Part shown: positions 48,498-58,915 of the stretch, in pieces
Numbering within the stretch: position 1 is the first letter of the stretch
Layout: the number at the start of each line of letters is the position of its first letter
Origin: an uncultured bacterium
Lineage (GTDB): Bacteria; Babelota; Babeliae; Babelales; Babelaceae
Direction: 5' to 3'
DNA length: 64,000 nucleotides
Assembly (NCBI GenBank): GCA_963722385.1
Contig: CAVRKK010000002.1
Coordinates: 736,001 to 800,000 of the forward strand
The notes under the pieces: generated by a model
Database searches by the model: none
Told to the model about the DNA's origin: nothing
What the model saw: the letters and a program-made list of their open reading frames with translations, nothing else
Program-made: the position numbers and the translations under genes

Positions 48498-49279
48498 CCA
48501 AGGCCTGTTTGCAAAAGAAATGAGCTTAAAAGATAATTAGTAACTAAGATAAGAACTGAAGCTACGACCACGCTACGCGTGGTTGCACTTCCTACGGCGC
48601 GCTCCCCACTGGCATGATAGCCATAATAAGAGCCAACCCATGAAATAATAAGCCCAAAAACGCCCGCTTTAATAAGCCCAACGGCCAAATCAGCGGGCTC
48701 AACAAAATTACGTATGCTCGCAAAATAGATTTCAGGATTAAGTGCTAAAAGATAGGTGCAAAACACAAAACCACTTGCTATCCCGAACAACATGGAAAAG
48801 AGAGCAAGACAAGGCGTCACCATAATACCAGCAATAAGGCGCGGTATAATCAAATATTGATAAGGGTCGATACAGAGGGTCCTCAATGCATCAATTTGCT
48901 CGGTCGTATTCATCATAGCCAACTCGGCTGCCATGGCTGACCCTGCACGGGCTGTTATCATCAGCGCTGCCAATACGGGTCCAAGGTCACGCGTCATAGC
49001 CATCGCTACCACGCCGCCAATAAAACTTTCCGCGCCAAAGCGGCTAAAGCCAACATAAGCTTGTAAAGCAAGCGCTAGTCCCGTGAACGAACCAGTTAAT
49101 ATAATGATAAGAGAAGATTCAACACCAAGCCGCATTATCTGGATCCGCACCAGTTTCATCTTCAGAGGCATGGTGCAAAGAACCTTAATCGCTCGCGCCA
49201 AAAACTGAGTAAAATCACCAATTAAAGAGCATACTTTGAGCGTGTACAAGCCAAGCTTACTAATGAGCTCGAGCGCCAT
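48494..49279 (-). CDS. mlaE: MlaE ABC transporter permease
   Basis: RDLGPVL, ARAGSAMAAEL, EQIDAL, VGSATTRSVV. Confidence 0.92.
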   Translation of the reverse strand: MALELISKLGLYTLKVCSLIGDFTQFLARAIKVLCTMPLKMKLVRIQIMRLGVESSLIIILTGSFTGLALALQAYVGFSRFGAESFIGGVVAMAMTRDLGPVLAALMITARAGSAMAAELAMMNTTEQIDALRTLCIDPYQYLIIPRLIAGIMVTPCLALFSMLFGIASGFVFCTYLLALNPEIYFASIRNFVEPADLAVGLIKAGVFGLIISWVGSYYGYHASGERAVGSATTRSVVVASVLILVTNYLLSSFLLQTGLG

Positions 49280-49282
49280 CGT

Positions 49283-49654
49283 TTATGCGGTCGGTTGCGC
49301 AGGCTTTAGAGGAGCAGATTCGGAAGCAGGCGCTGCCGGTGCAGCTTCTTGTGCTGGCGCTTCTTTGACCTCAGATACCGCTTCCTGCTTTTCTTTGATT
49401 TTTATGTAGCGAACATCATGCAAGGTTGATGACTTCATAAGACCGAGCGCAAGCGAACCCCCCATAAAAAGAGCTCCCAAGGCCCAAGTAATTTTCTGAA
49501 AAAGGTCTTGGCCGCCCGAGCCGCCAAAAAGCATCTGGGTGCCACCACCCATCGTCCCAAGCCCCATGCTTCCCTTGCCCTTCTGGACGAGAACAAGCAA
49601 AATAAGGGAAAAGCACACAAAAATAAAAAGCGTTAACAATAAACCATACAGCAT
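49283..49654 (-). CDS. secG: Preprotein translocase subunit SecG
   Basis: LVLVQKGKG, Gly-rich loop LFGGSG, two TM helices. Confidence 0.92.
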   Translation of the reverse strand: MLYGLLLTLFIFVCFSLILLVLVQKGKGSMGLGTMGGGTQMLFGGSGGQDLFQKITWALGALFMGGSLALGLMKSSTLHDVRYIKIKEKQEAVSEVKEAPAQEAAPAAPASESAPLKPAQPTA

Positions 49655-49818
49655 AATATTCCTCAGTTAATATCTTTATCTCGTAGCTTACTCTTTTTTT
49701 AAGCACTTGGAAAGCTCGCCCGCTCTTTCTCCCCTGAAGAACTTGCGACGTGACCCTTGCTCCTCGGTTACTTGATCGGGTACGGTAATACTATTATAAG
49801 CAAGATCGAAAGGGCCCA

Positions 49819-50838
49819 ATGAAAAAAAATGATCTTTTTGCGGGCATTCCTGAGGCAATCCTCGAAAAGCGCAAGCATATTGCGCAGCCCTCTTTTATTG
49901 AGCCGATGCTGGCGACCTTAACAAAAGACTATTTTTCAAGCAAAGACTGGATCTATGAGCATAAGTTCGATGGCGAGCGCTGCCAAGCCATTAAAAAAAA
50001 TGGCAAAGTCATGCTTATGTCGCGCACGCAAAAGAGCATAAATCTCGAATATCCCGAATTGGTCACGGCGCTTGAGCAACAAAAAGCTGACGATTTTATT
50101 ATCGACGGTGAAATTATCGCGCTTAAGGGTGGCCTCTCAAGCTTTGAACTGCTTCAATCGCGTATAAACTTGCAAGACATCGCTGCTATTGCAAGACGAG
50201 AAAAGCGTATCCCAATAGGCTATGCTATTTTTGATATCATGTACGTCGGTGGTTACGATGTGCGCGATCTCCCTTTATTAGCAAGAAAACAGTTGTTACA
50301 CAAATTGCTCGATTATAACCAAATCTTGATCTATACCCAGCACCGCTCACCTGACGGCGTAAAATATTTTCAGCAGGCATGTAAATTGCATTGGGAGGGA
50401 CTTATCGCAAAGCGCTCAGGAAGCACCTACGTGAGCATACGCTCACGCGACTGGCTTAAGTTTAAGTGCATCATGAAACAAGAGTTTGTCGTTGCAGGGT
50501 ATACCGATCCAAAGGGATCACGCACTGATTTTGGCGCTCTCCTCGTCGGCTACTATGAAGGAAAAAAGCTGCTTTATGCCGGCAAAGTGGGGACTGGATT
50601 TGATCATATAGCTTTAGAGCTTTTAGGGAAAAAGTTACGCGCATTACAAACCAAGATTTGCCCATTTGATAACTATACACTTTCAACCGCCGGTGTTCAT
50701 TGGGTTAAACCCCAGCTTGTAATCGAAGTACAGTTTGCTCAGTGGACCAACGCGAGCAGGCTACGCGTTCCCCGTTACAAAGGCTTACGCGACGATAAAG
50801 CCGCTCGCGATGTGGTGAAAGAAGTGCCAACTGGTTAA
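49819..50838 (+). CDS. ATP-dependent DNA ligase (LigD ligase domain, stand-alone)
   Basis: EPMLA, EHKFDGER adenylation motif, IIDGEI, FD, EGLIAK, WLKFK, GKVGTGF, LRDDK. Confidence 0.9.
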   Translation: MKKNDLFAGIPEAILEKRKHIAQPSFIEPMLATLTKDYFSSKDWIYEHKFDGERCQAIKKNGKVMLMSRTQKSINLEYPELVTALEQQKADDFIIDGEIIALKGGLSSFELLQSRINLQDIAAIARREKRIPIGYAIFDIMYVGGYDVRDLPLLARKQLLHKLLDYNQILIYTQHRSPDGVKYFQQACKLHWEGLIAKRSGSTYVSIRSRDWLKFKCIMKQEFVVAGYTDPKGSRTDFGALLVGYYEGKKLLYAGKVGTGFDHIALELLGKKLRALQTKICPFDNYTLSTAGVHWVKPQLVIEVQFAQWTNASRLRVPRYKGLRDDKAARDVVKEVPTG

Positions 50839-50965
50839 TTCTCGCGGCGGCGTAAGCCCGGGTATCTCTTCGCCTATGTCTAGCTACCATATGCGGCGAT
50901 TTCCTCAAAAATATCTTGTGCATCGTATTTAATAAACAAGAAGCGATTGCTTGAGAGAGCATCCA

Positions 50966-51592
50966 CTAGAATTCTACGTGTGGCAACTCATTACGCGCGC
51001 AATGCGCCATGAGCTTTTCCATGCGCTGAAGAAACAGCTTAAATTTCCGATAATCGTTACCGGATATTACCGATAACATACTCACAAAATTCTCAAGATA
51101 CGCGGGCGTCAAAAGATGATCGTTGCCAAGCTGCTTAAGCATGGCGAGCAGCAATTCATCGAGGGAAAACAACCCTTGGGTATTACACAGCAAGTGCACA
51201 TAAAAGGGCTCCGCAAAAAAATCGCGCATCTCACGACTCGTTGCCTGGCGGACAAAAGCATGAATTTTGGGCGGGAATGAAGGCAACTGGTAGTAGAGTA
51301 CATCCTGTTCCTGATACCCTAAGGTGACACATGAGATATGTGTCTGCAAAAGAGCAAAAATTTGCGGCTGCTCCTTCTTAAGCTCTTCGTGCGTTTTTTG
51401 GTAGGGAAATGGATAGCGACCCTGATCAATCGAGCCCGTCTGCACATGCGCTACCACCCCAAAGAGCGTCGACTGTCCTTCATTAATCACCAGCAAAGAT
51501 CCAAAGGGCGGCATAACATCCCATTGCCAGCAATGGACTTTCCAGCCCGACAAAGAACTTTCAACAATTTCACCAAATACGTGCTTGGTCAT
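50966..51592 (-). CDS. HAS-barrel domain protein
   Basis: GEIVESS...PPFGSLL...FGVV...EEL...PQI...LGY...PPKIHAFV pattern recalled from HAS-barrel proteins. Confidence 0.65.
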   Translation of the reverse strand: MTKHVFGEIVESSLSGWKVHCWQWDVMPPFGSLLVINEGQSTLFGVVAHVQTGSIDQGRYPFPYQKTHEELKKEQPQIFALLQTHISCVTLGYQEQDVLYYQLPSFPPKIHAFVRQATSREMRDFFAEPFYVHLLCNTQGLFSLDELLLAMLKQLGNDHLLTPAYLENFVSMLSVISGNDYRKFKLFLQRMEKLMAHCARNELPHVEF

Positions 51593-52274
51593 TATTATTC
51601 CCGCTTACCTGAGGTTCATCAATCTCTTTGTCTTCAAACTTGTCAAAATGGTCGATAAAAGTCTTGCGATGAATAAGGCTTGCCGTGTGCTCATGTAACT
51701 TTTGGCGATGGAGCGCCGTACAATACCCCTTGTGCTGATCAAACGCGTACCCAGGGAAAGACCCATTCAGCTGCTCCATAAGCTTGTCGCGCGTAACTTT
51801 AGCAACAATAGAAGCCGCAGAAATAGAAATCGACTTGCTTTCACCAAATGGAAATGCCACAATATCGGTCGCTAAAAAATCGATACTCAACGGCATCGCG
51901 TCAACAAGAATGTAGCGGGGTTTTTGCACGCCCGTAGCAAGCAGCTGCATAACTGCTCTTTTCATGGCAATAAGCGTTGCTTGGTAAATATTTCTTTGAT
52001 CAATAATACGTGGATGCGCAATGCCCAAGGCATACGAACCGTTGCGCTTAATCCACTCATAGGCACGCAAGCGATCAGCAGGCACCAGCTCTTTTGAATC
52101 TTTTATCAGGCGCGATTTTTTGCCAGCTTTGAGGATAACAGCTGCGGTCACCACCGGGCCAGCCAGACAACCACGGCCAACCTCATCAATACCACAAACA
52201 ACCCTGTTCTCCGACCAGGCGGACTCTTCGTAAAAATTTTTCCTAAAATCCGCTTTCCGTCTAATCGTTATCAT
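51570..52274 (-). CDS. rnhB: Ribonuclease HII
   Basis: GIDEVGRGCLAGPV, DSK, VDA, ISAASIVAKVTRD, HKGY. Start uncertain; ATG 52274 chosen. Confidence 0.95.
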   Translation of the reverse strand: MITIRRKADFRKNFYEESAWSENRVVCGIDEVGRGCLAGPVVTAAVILKAGKKSRLIKDSKELVPADRLRAYEWIKRNGSYALGIAHPRIIDQRNIYQATLIAMKRAVMQLLATGVQKPRYILVDAMPLSIDFLATDIVAFPFGESKSISISAASIVAKVTRDKLMEQLNGSFPGYAFDQHKGYCTALHRQKLHEHTASLIHRKTFIDHFDKFEDKEIDEPQVSGNNNDQARIW

Positions 52275-52291
52275 AAAATGCAGTTTTCCAT

Positions 52292-52319
52292 TTGACAAGA
52301 ATTGGAGTTTGAGTACAAT
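52292..52319 (+). promoter_or_regulatory. Sigma70-type promoter
   Basis: TTGACA, 16 bp spacer, TACAAT upstream of the XRE regulator. Confidence 0.65.
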
Positions 52320-52381
52320 TAGAAATACGCGGTGATAACCATACTATCATATTTTAATAAAACATACAAAAGGAGTTTACA

Positions 52382-53062
52382 ATGTCAGCGTCATCAACAG
52401 CGTTGCGCGTAAAAGAGCTTTTGCGCGAAAAGGGATGGACGACTAAGATCTTGGCTGAAAAAACCGGCATGTCTGAAAGTTATCTGACGCACATTAAGAA
52501 TGGCACGCGTCGTTGGAATGAGGATTCCTTGCGCAAGCTGGCAAGTGCATTTGAAATAGGGCCTATTGAGCTTTTTGCGCAGCACCGGCAAAGAACCGAC
52601 CAAGTTACCAGCAATGTTAAGATGCCTGAAAAATCTGATGTTCAGGTTCAAGTACAGATCGTGCCCGTGCTTGGCGATATCCCATCACACCCATCGCCTT
52701 ACAATAACCAGCTGATGCAAGTTACCACTGGCTGCAAAGATATGTTTGTCCCGATGATAAACCGGACAGACCCGGGTATGTTCGGACTTATACTGAACAA
52801 TAACCTGCTAGCGCCTACTTTCGAAAAAGGCGATCTGCTCATTGTCTCGCCTGAGGTTTGGACACGCTCAGGAGATATAGCTGCTGTTGAGTACGGCAAT
52901 GATACGCCGATGAAGGGCATCATGAAAGTTACATTTACCGATGATTTTATTGTGCTTGAATCGGTCAACTATAAGCAATCCCCTATTGCACTCGTGCGCG
53001 CCAAAGACCATTTCAGAATCATTGGCCGCGTCATTGAACGGCACCAAGGATTTGTTGAGTAA
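52382..53062 (+). CDS. XRE-family HTH regulator with an S24-like C-terminal domain
   Basis: LAEKTGMSESYLTHIKNG HTH; GDLLIVSP...LESVN...IIGRVI S24 fold; AAGGAG RBS. Confidence 0.85.
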   Translation: MSASSTALRVKELLREKGWTTKILAEKTGMSESYLTHIKNGTRRWNEDSLRKLASAFEIGPIELFAQHRQRTDQVTSNVKMPEKSDVQVQVQIVPVLGDIPSHPSPYNNQLMQVTTGCKDMFVPMINRTDPGMFGLILNNNLLAPTFEKGDLLIVSPEVWTRSGDIAAVEYGNDTPMKGIMKVTFTDDFIVLESVNYKQSPIALVRAKDHFRIIGRVIERHQGFVE

Positions 53063-53074
53063 AAAAAGAAAACA

Positions 53075-53132
53075 CTACTAAATGCGGCTTGCATGAGCAA
53101 GCCGCATAGTGTTATACACTACCGCTTAGTAG
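53075..53132 (+). promoter_or_regulatory. Structured rpsF leader, candidate S6:S18 autoregulatory element
   Basis: CTACTAA/TTAGTAG closing stem next to the SD, two enclosed hairpins, unpaired CCG at 53122-53124. Confidence 0.5.
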
Positions 53133-53140
53133 AGGATACT

Positions 53141-53644
53141 ATGATACGTTACGAAACTCTTTTTATGACCGTACCTGAGATCACGGCCGACGAAGCGGCT
53201 GCGCTCGAAGGGAGCTTTGAAAAGCTCTTGGCGGAACACAAAGCATCGCTTCTTTCGTTTGAGCGTTGGGGCAAATACCGTCTGGCTTACCCTGTACGCA
53301 CCAATGATTACGGCGTTTATTTTTTGACGCGCTTTGAAATTTCTGATGCAGAGAAATCGAAAAGCCTTTTGGATGCGATGGATACGCTCATGTCGGTCAA
53401 GTATAACGAGCTTGTCATGCGCCACATGAATACTAGACTTGGCGCACGCTCATCTCTGTCATACCACCGACCTGAATCACTTGAGGAAGCGCCTTCCCGA
53501 GATGTCGAAACCTTTCTAAAAGAAAGCAAAATGACAGGCCTGCTTAATGCTCGCGGGCCAGCCAAGCGCGACTTTAAGGAACAGCAGGCAGATATTCAGG
53601 CAATCGATGAAACCGATGAGATGATGGAAAGTGAGGAAGCTTAA
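53141..53644 (+). CDS. rpsF: 30S ribosomal protein S6
   Basis: [30 protein letters not shown] before ATG 53141; long acidic tail. Confidence 0.93.
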   Translation: MIRYETLFMTVPEITADEAAALEGSFEKLLAEHKASLLSFERWGKYRLAYPVRTNDYGVYFLTRFEISDAEKSKSLLDAMDTLMSVKYNELVMRHMNTRLGARSSLSYHRPESLEEAPSRDVETFLKESKMTGLLNARGPAKRDFKEQQADIQAIDETDEMMESEEA

Positions 53645-53646
53645 TT

Positions 53647-53934
53647 ATGGCACGCAAAGCTAAATTGAAAGTAAGCTCAAGGCTCTTACGAAAAAAAGCT
53701 CGCCGCAGCTCGCTCTTTACCGGCAAGCAGTGCAGATTTTGCAGCAGCGATGCCCAAGCAGCAACACTTGATTACAAAAATGCCACGCTCTTAAAGAGCT
53801 TCATGACGGAACGTTGCAAGATATTGCCTTCGCGCATCTCAGGTAACTGCGCGCGACATCAGCGAGACCTCGCTGGACAAATTAAAAAGGCACGCGTTAT
53901 GGCGCTGTTGCCCTTCTCTTCTGTTCAAATTTAG
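53647..53934 (+). CDS. rpsR: 30S ribosomal protein S18
   Basis: [25 protein letters not shown]...LLPF. Confidence 0.95.
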   Translation: MARKAKLKVSSRLLRKKARRSSLFTGKQCRFCSSDAQAATLDYKNATLLKSFMTERCKILPSRISGNCARHQRDLAGQIKKARVMALLPFSSVQI

Positions 53935-53941
53935 GTCATGC

Positions 53942-53964
53942 GGAGAGAGACGAGGTCTCTCTCC
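53942..53964 (+). terminator. Hairpin after rpsR
   Basis: GGAGAGAGAC-GAG-GTCTCTCTCC; no U tract. Confidence 0.5.
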
Positions 53965-54108
53965 AAGCATCTGGTTGCCGAAAGAATGCGCTCTATGAGA
54001 ATATGGTTTCTCCTAAGCCGCTCTAGACATCAGTTCAGACACATGCTATATTAGAAATAAATTAACATTCTCTTTTCTTTTTACAAATTCTCTAGGAAGA
54101 TAAGATCT

Positions 54109-55908
54109 ATGGTTGCACAGCAACGAGATAAACTACGTAATATAGCTATTATTGCCCACGTTGACCATGGCAAGACAACGCTCGTGGATAAACTTTTACG
54201 CCAGTCGGGCACCATTGGCGCCGAAGCTGGCGAGCGCGTTATGGATAGCAATGCTCTTGAGCGTGAGCGCGGTATTACCATTTTAGCAAAAAACACCGGA
54301 ATTCTTTACGAGGGATATACGATCAACATTGTGGACACGCCCGGCCATAGCGATTTTGGGGGCGAAGTTGAACGTACGCTCCAGATGGTTGAGGGATTTC
54401 TCCTGTTGGTTGATGCTGCCGAAGGCGTGCTTCCCGGCACTCGTTTTGTTTTGCACAAAGCCCTTCAGCTCAATTTAAAGCCAATCGTTTTTATTAATAA
54501 AATTGACCGTAAAGATGCTGACCTTGAGCGCACCGAAAGCCAGATTCATGACCTCTTCTTGGACTTGGCGATTTCGGAAAGCCAGCTTGCCTTTCCTTTA
54601 TTGTACGGTTCTTCGCGCCACGGGTTTGCTACCACCAATGCTGCGGTACCATCTGACTCGCTCAAGCCCCTGTTTGACGCGATTATTGACACCGTGCCTG
54701 CGCCAATCGAAAAAGAGCAGGGCCTCCAGATGTTGGTCACCAATCTTGACCATTCAGACTTTTTAGGTGCCATAGCGATTGGCCGCGTATTTAGCGGTAC
54801 GATCAAGGTGGGCCAATCATTTATATGCTGCAAGGATTCGTATATCAGCAAGCCGATGCGTGTTACCAAAATTTATAAATTTTATGGCCTTGAGCGCGTC
54901 GAGTGCGCAGAAGCTCAATTTGGCGATATCATCGCCGTTACGGGATTTAGCGAGCCGGTAAGCATAGGCTCAACGCTTTGTGACGTTGGCAACCCGCTCC
55001 CGCATCCCTATGTTAAGGTTGACGAGCCAACAATGGCCCTCTACATCTCGGTTAACGACTCCCCTTTTAATGGCCAGGATGGCAAGTTATTAACATCACG
55101 ACAAATCCGTGAACGCCTTGAAAAGGAGCTTAAGGTAAACGTAGCATTGCGCGTAGAACCTACTCAGTCTCCCGACGTTTTTAAGGCATCGGGACGCGGC
55201 CAACTACACTTGAGCATCCTTATTGAAAATATGCGTCGTGAAGGCTTTGAGCTTCAAGTTTCCGCTCCTGAAGTCATTTACCAAACAATTAACGGCACGC
55301 GTCATGAACCCATGGAGCACCTGGTTATTGATATTCCCGAGGACTATCAGGGAGTCGTTATAGAATCGCTTGGCCGCAAAAAAGCTGAGTTGAAAAATTT
55401 GGCACATTATGGCAATAAACGCGTCCGCCTAGAATTTGAAATACCATCACGGGGGTTACTGGGCTTTAGGAACCAGTTTCTAACCGATACGCGTGGTACA
55501 GGTATTGCTACCTTTAGCTTTGCCGGCTACCAACCGTATAAAGGCGACATCCAATTACGCACCAAAGGCGCACTCGTATCGATGGAAAATGGCGCAGCTA
55601 CCTCTTTTGCTCTCGAAACATTGCAGGAGCGCGGAGTTCTTTTTGTCAAGCCTACCGACAAAATTTACGAAGGCATGATTATAGGCGAAAATAGCCGTGA
55701 AGGTGATATGGATGTCAATCCCTGCAAGCTCAAGAAATTGACCAATATGCGGGCAGCTGGATCCGAAGATTTGGTCAAGCTCGAGCCACCCCGTGTCATG
55801 GATTTGGAACTTTGCATGGAGTGGATCATGCCTGATGAACTTATCGAGGTCACGCCACATCATATTAGGCTACGCAAAAAAATTCTCCGCGCGGCTCTTC
55901 GTAAATAA
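54109..55908 (+). CDS. typA: Translational GTPase TypA/BipA
   Basis: [52 protein letters not shown]. Confidence 0.97.
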   Translation: MVAQQRDKLRNIAIIAHVDHGKTTLVDKLLRQSGTIGAEAGERVMDSNALERERGITILAKNTGILYEGYTINIVDTPGHSDFGGEVERTLQMVEGFLLLVDAAEGVLPGTRFVLHKALQLNLKPIVFINKIDRKDADLERTESQIHDLFLDLAISESQLAFPLLYGSSRHGFATTNAAVPSDSLKPLFDAIIDTVPAPIEKEQGLQMLVTNLDHSDFLGAIAIGRVFSGTIKVGQSFICCKDSYISKPMRVTKIYKFYGLERVECAEAQFGDIIAVTGFSEPVSIGSTLCDVGNPLPHPYVKVDEPTMALYISVNDSPFNGQDGKLLTSRQIRERLEKELKVNVALRVEPTQSPDVFKASGRGQLHLSILIENMRREGFELQVSAPEVIYQTINGTRHEPMEHLVIDIPEDYQGVVIESLGRKKAELKNLAHYGNKRVRLEFEIPSRGLLGFRNQFLTDTRGTGIATFSFAGYQPYKGDIQLRTKGALVSMENGAATSFALETLQERGVLFVKPTDKIYEGMIIGENSREGDMDVNPCKLKKLTNMRAAGSEDLVKLEPPRVMDLELCMEWIMPDELIEVTPHHIRLRKKILRAALRK

Positions 55909-56562
55909 CTACTTCTGCGCCTTATTTTGCAGAATAATAATACCAAAAATAAAAGCGCTTATCACGGCGGCGAAAAAGCACCAGATAGAGATAAAGAACA
56001 TTCGTTCAAACGTAAAGCTCACAAGAAGCGCACTGGCGATCAATGCGCCAAGCAGCTGGAGCGAGCGATGCGATGAGACAAGAAGCGAGCCAACCGTTAC
56101 TGCTACGTATATGGGCAACAGCAGCCGCGTCAGCATCTCGGTTTGCGCAAGAGAAAGCGCATAGGCAATGTGGCGGCCTTGAAGTGAAGCTGTTGCGCCA
56201 AAATAGATGAGTGCGCTTATAAGGCTAACTGCCAAGGCAGCACCAATAACACAGAGAGCGCGCAAAATTCGCTGGCGCCCATGCTCGCCTTCAAACGAAA
56301 GTGTCACATAAGGTACCCAGGCAGGCCATAAGCCAAAAGCAAAAAACAGAAAAGTATACGCCCCAACCATATACCAGCTCGCAAAATACCCATACGAAAG
56401 CCCCATCCAGACAAAGCCTTCAGCAATTTGTTGGAGCGCAAAAAAGGATGGCGTCATGGCGAGTAAGCGTTGCGGTGCCGACTGCGCTTGATACTGGGCA
56501 GCAGCGCCAATCAGGAAAAGGCCGCTCGCCGTAGCAAAACTAACGCTTGCGCAAAAACACAT
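55909..56562 (-). CDS. Multi-pass membrane protein (DUF6629-like)
   Basis: MCF.ASVSF start, FALQQIAEGFVW and FISIWCFFAA motifs; about seven TM helices. Confidence 0.7.
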   Translation of the reverse strand: MCFCASVSFATASGLFLIGAAAQYQAQSAPQRLLAMTPSFFALQQIAEGFVWMGLSYGYFASWYMVGAYTFLFFAFGLWPAWVPYVTLSFEGEHGRQRILRALCVIGAALAVSLISALIYFGATASLQGRHIAYALSLAQTEMLTRLLLPIYVAVTVGSLLVSSHRSLQLLGALIASALLVSFTFERMFFISIWCFFAAVISAFIFGIIILQNKAQK

Positions 56563-56585
56563 CGGTCTGCCCCCTAGAGAATACG

Positions 56586-56615
56586 AAAAAGAAGGCAGAA
56601 TTTCTATCTGCCTTC
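56586..56615 (-). terminator. Rho-independent terminator
   Basis: GAAGGCAGA...TCTGCCTTC followed by a T run on the minus strand. Confidence 0.7.
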
Positions 56616-56626
56616 AATTGACTTGT

Positions 56627-57211
56627 TTAATTCTGAACCGATTGGTCGTGTACTGCTGCTATCGCTTCAGTTTCAGCAATAGATTTTGCAAGAAATTTCA
56701 AATACTCTTCCTTCTCGCTAATCGCTGCTTGCTCGCCACGATCAAGCACGGCGTTCCAGGCAAGATTAAACAGCGCGCGGGCCGCCGCAGCAAATGCTGC
56801 AGCATCTAAGACATAATAAAAGTACCGCGTAAACTTATGAGCGCGCTCGTTTTTGATTCTCGATAAAAGATTATATTGAGATGCCTCAAGTAGGTGCGAT
56901 GCCAGCACGGTTGCTATAAAGAGCTGCAATACGCTCTCAACCTTGGGATGACTCGTTTCACCCCGCTTAACAACATACGCTTGTTTAAGCTCCTCGAGTG
57001 CTTTTGTTTGACTTGCCTGGTCCCGATAAGCTCTGACCAGCGCTTGTTGAATAGGCGGCAAATTGGCATAGTCAGCACCGTATCCCATAGCTTGCATGTC
57101 ATTGTCGTCCATCTTAACACACTGCACTGATCGCGCCACGGGAATGTTCGTTAGCCTTGCCGCCTGCACCCCTGACGCGGCAAAAAGTAATAAGGCACAT
57201 AACTTATTCAT
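56627..57211 (-). CDS. Exported/membrane hypothetical protein with two hydrophobic segments
   Basis: AGGAGAGGAG RBS, signal peptide ending VQA. Confidence 0.72.
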   Translation of the reverse strand: MNKLCALLLFAASGVQAARLTNIPVARSVQCVKMDDNDMQAMGYGADYANLPPIQQALVRAYRDQASQTKALEELKQAYVVKRGETSHPKVESVLQLFIATVLASHLLEASQYNLLSRIKNERAHKFTRYFYYVLDAAAFAAAARALFNLAWNAVLDRGEQAAISEKEEYLKFLAKSIAETEAIAAVHDQSVQN

Positions 57212-57387
57212 CGAAACTCCTCTCCTTGAGTTTTGGTTAAAGTAATAGATGCTTAAAAAAGAGAATAGCAAAACTTAATAAACACTCCTAATAAATTTTA
57301 CGCAATCAAAAAGAAAGCGCTCATCAAGCATAGAATACTTTTTTTCTTTCGTCGGAGAAAATGTTTTGCCCTGTGCACGAGCTGCTC

Positions 57388-57420
57388 AAAAAAAGAAGAC
57401 GGACCAAGGCCCATCTTCTT
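57388..57420 (-). terminator. Rho-independent terminator
   Basis: Minus strand AAGAAGATGGGCC-TT-GGTCCGTCTTC followed by a T run. Confidence 0.65.
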
Positions 57421-57444
57421 TAGAGCATTCTTTACACGTAAAGG

Positions 57445-57969
57445 TTAAGCAGCTGGTTCTATTTGCAACCCTGAGATATACTCAATGTGTTGTTGCAAGA
57501 ACCTATACCGCTCATCGAGTTTTTCAAGTTTATCTCGATAACAGCTATCACTTGAGTGGTCACGATATAATTTATACAAAGCCCATATCATTGTTGAAAG
57601 GGCCAGCGATCCTATAACGTACGTGCCTATATTTCTCGCTTTATTGCCAGCTTTAGCGGCCACCACTACATCTGGCTTGCCCTCATTAGGCTTGGCAGCA
57701 GCAACAACTTCTGCGGCAACGGGAAGATACTTGAGCATGCCGAGAGCACCTAATGCCCATCCTAGTTCTATGAGGCTTTCAAGGTAATAATGATTTTGCT
57801 CACCTGCTCTTCTGAGCCACTGTTCTTCTTCGTGTGCTTTCTGGTATAAAATTGCTTCTTGTTTTGCCCGTGGCTGTTTGGTAATGTCATCGTCAGAGGC
57901 TGGCCTCTCGGGATCAGCAATCACCTGCAACACGCCGAGCAAAGCAAGCGTTAATAGTGTTATTTTCAT
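57445..57969 (-). CDS. Exported/membrane hypothetical protein with two hydrophobic segments
   Basis: AAGGAG RBS, signal peptide, two internal hydrophobic helices, C-terminal coiled coil. Confidence 0.72.
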   Translation of the reverse strand: MKITLLTLALLGVLQVIADPERPASDDDITKQPRAKQEAILYQKAHEEEQWLRRAGEQNHYYLESLIELGWALGALGMLKYLPVAAEVVAAAKPNEGKPDVVVAAKAGNKARNIGTYVIGSLALSTMIWALYKLYRDHSSDSCYRDKLEKLDERYRFLQQHIEYISGLQIEPAA

Positions 57970-58146
57970 ATACTCTCCTTGGTAAAAATGTTAATATTTT
58001 GTTTGCTTCATTGGCACAACTGGATTCAATCTTAGCGCAGGGTTTTGAGGTAAGTCAACGACATACGAGAACATAAGGTGATCGCCAATACTTCAAAGCT
58101 TATCATTAAATAACCCTCGCAAAAATTATAAGCAGAGGAATACCGC

Positions 58147-58905
58147 GTGAATTATAGAGCATTGGTTGCTTATGATGGCACGGCATACCATGGCTGGCAA
58201 CAGCAAACTCACGATAACACGGTTGCAGGAACATTACAATCTTCGTTTATCAAAGCGTTTAGCCAGGAAGTGGCACTTCGTGGCGCCTCGCGCACTGATG
58301 CGGGGGTTCATGCGCTTGGCCAAGTTGTTCGGGTCACTACCAATCTCGATCTTGAGCCAAAGGTCATCCGTACTGCATGGAATGCTCGGTTACCACACGA
58401 TATACATATACGCGCATTGTGCTTAAGCTCTGCCGACTTTAATCCATTAGCACAGGTTATTCAAAAAACCTACTATTACCATTTTTTTCTTGAGAGGCCG
58501 TTGCCATTCATAGCACGGTATGGCGCCATATGGCATAAGCCGGTTAATTTTGATAAGCTACAAGAAAGCTTGTGGGTATTTACGGGCACTCATGATTTTC
58601 GGTCATTTTGCACGGGCGATGAACAAGAAACGATAAGGACGATTGACTCGATTAAGCTCGATTACCTAAAAAAATTTAAAACCTATCGTATTGTTGTGCA
58701 AGGTCCGGGCTTTGGCCGCTATATGATTCGGCGCCTTGTTGGCGCAGCGCTTGACTGTGCTAGCCGTGCAGAGCGATCACCTAACGACTTAATCAACGCC
58801 CTTGCTGAATGTGATCCTCGGCAACAATTTCCTACCGCAAAGCCTGAGGGATTATTGTTGCGCAAGATCGAGTATAAAAATTTTTCGTGGCCACCCGCAC
58901 CCTGA
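58147..58905 (+). CDS. truA: tRNA pseudouridine(38-40) synthase
   Basis: YDGTAYHGWQ, SRTDAGVHA, GTHDFRSF, YMIRRLVG. Confidence 0.95.
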   Translation: MNYRALVAYDGTAYHGWQQQTHDNTVAGTLQSSFIKAFSQEVALRGASRTDAGVHALGQVVRVTTNLDLEPKVIRTAWNARLPHDIHIRALCLSSADFNPLAQVIQKTYYYHFFLERPLPFIARYGAIWHKPVNFDKLQESLWVFTGTHDFRSFCTGDEQETIRTIDSIKLDYLKKFKTYRIVVQGPGFGRYMIRRLVGAALDCASRAERSPNDLINALAECDPRQQFPTAKPEGLLLRKIEYKNFSWPPAP

Positions 58906-58915
58906 AAGGGCTCAC

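Noticed and set aside
50840..50905. CGCCTATG and TATGCGGCGA words resembling the repeat terminus
   Set aside because: Too short and lacking the associated hairpins to call a fourth copy.
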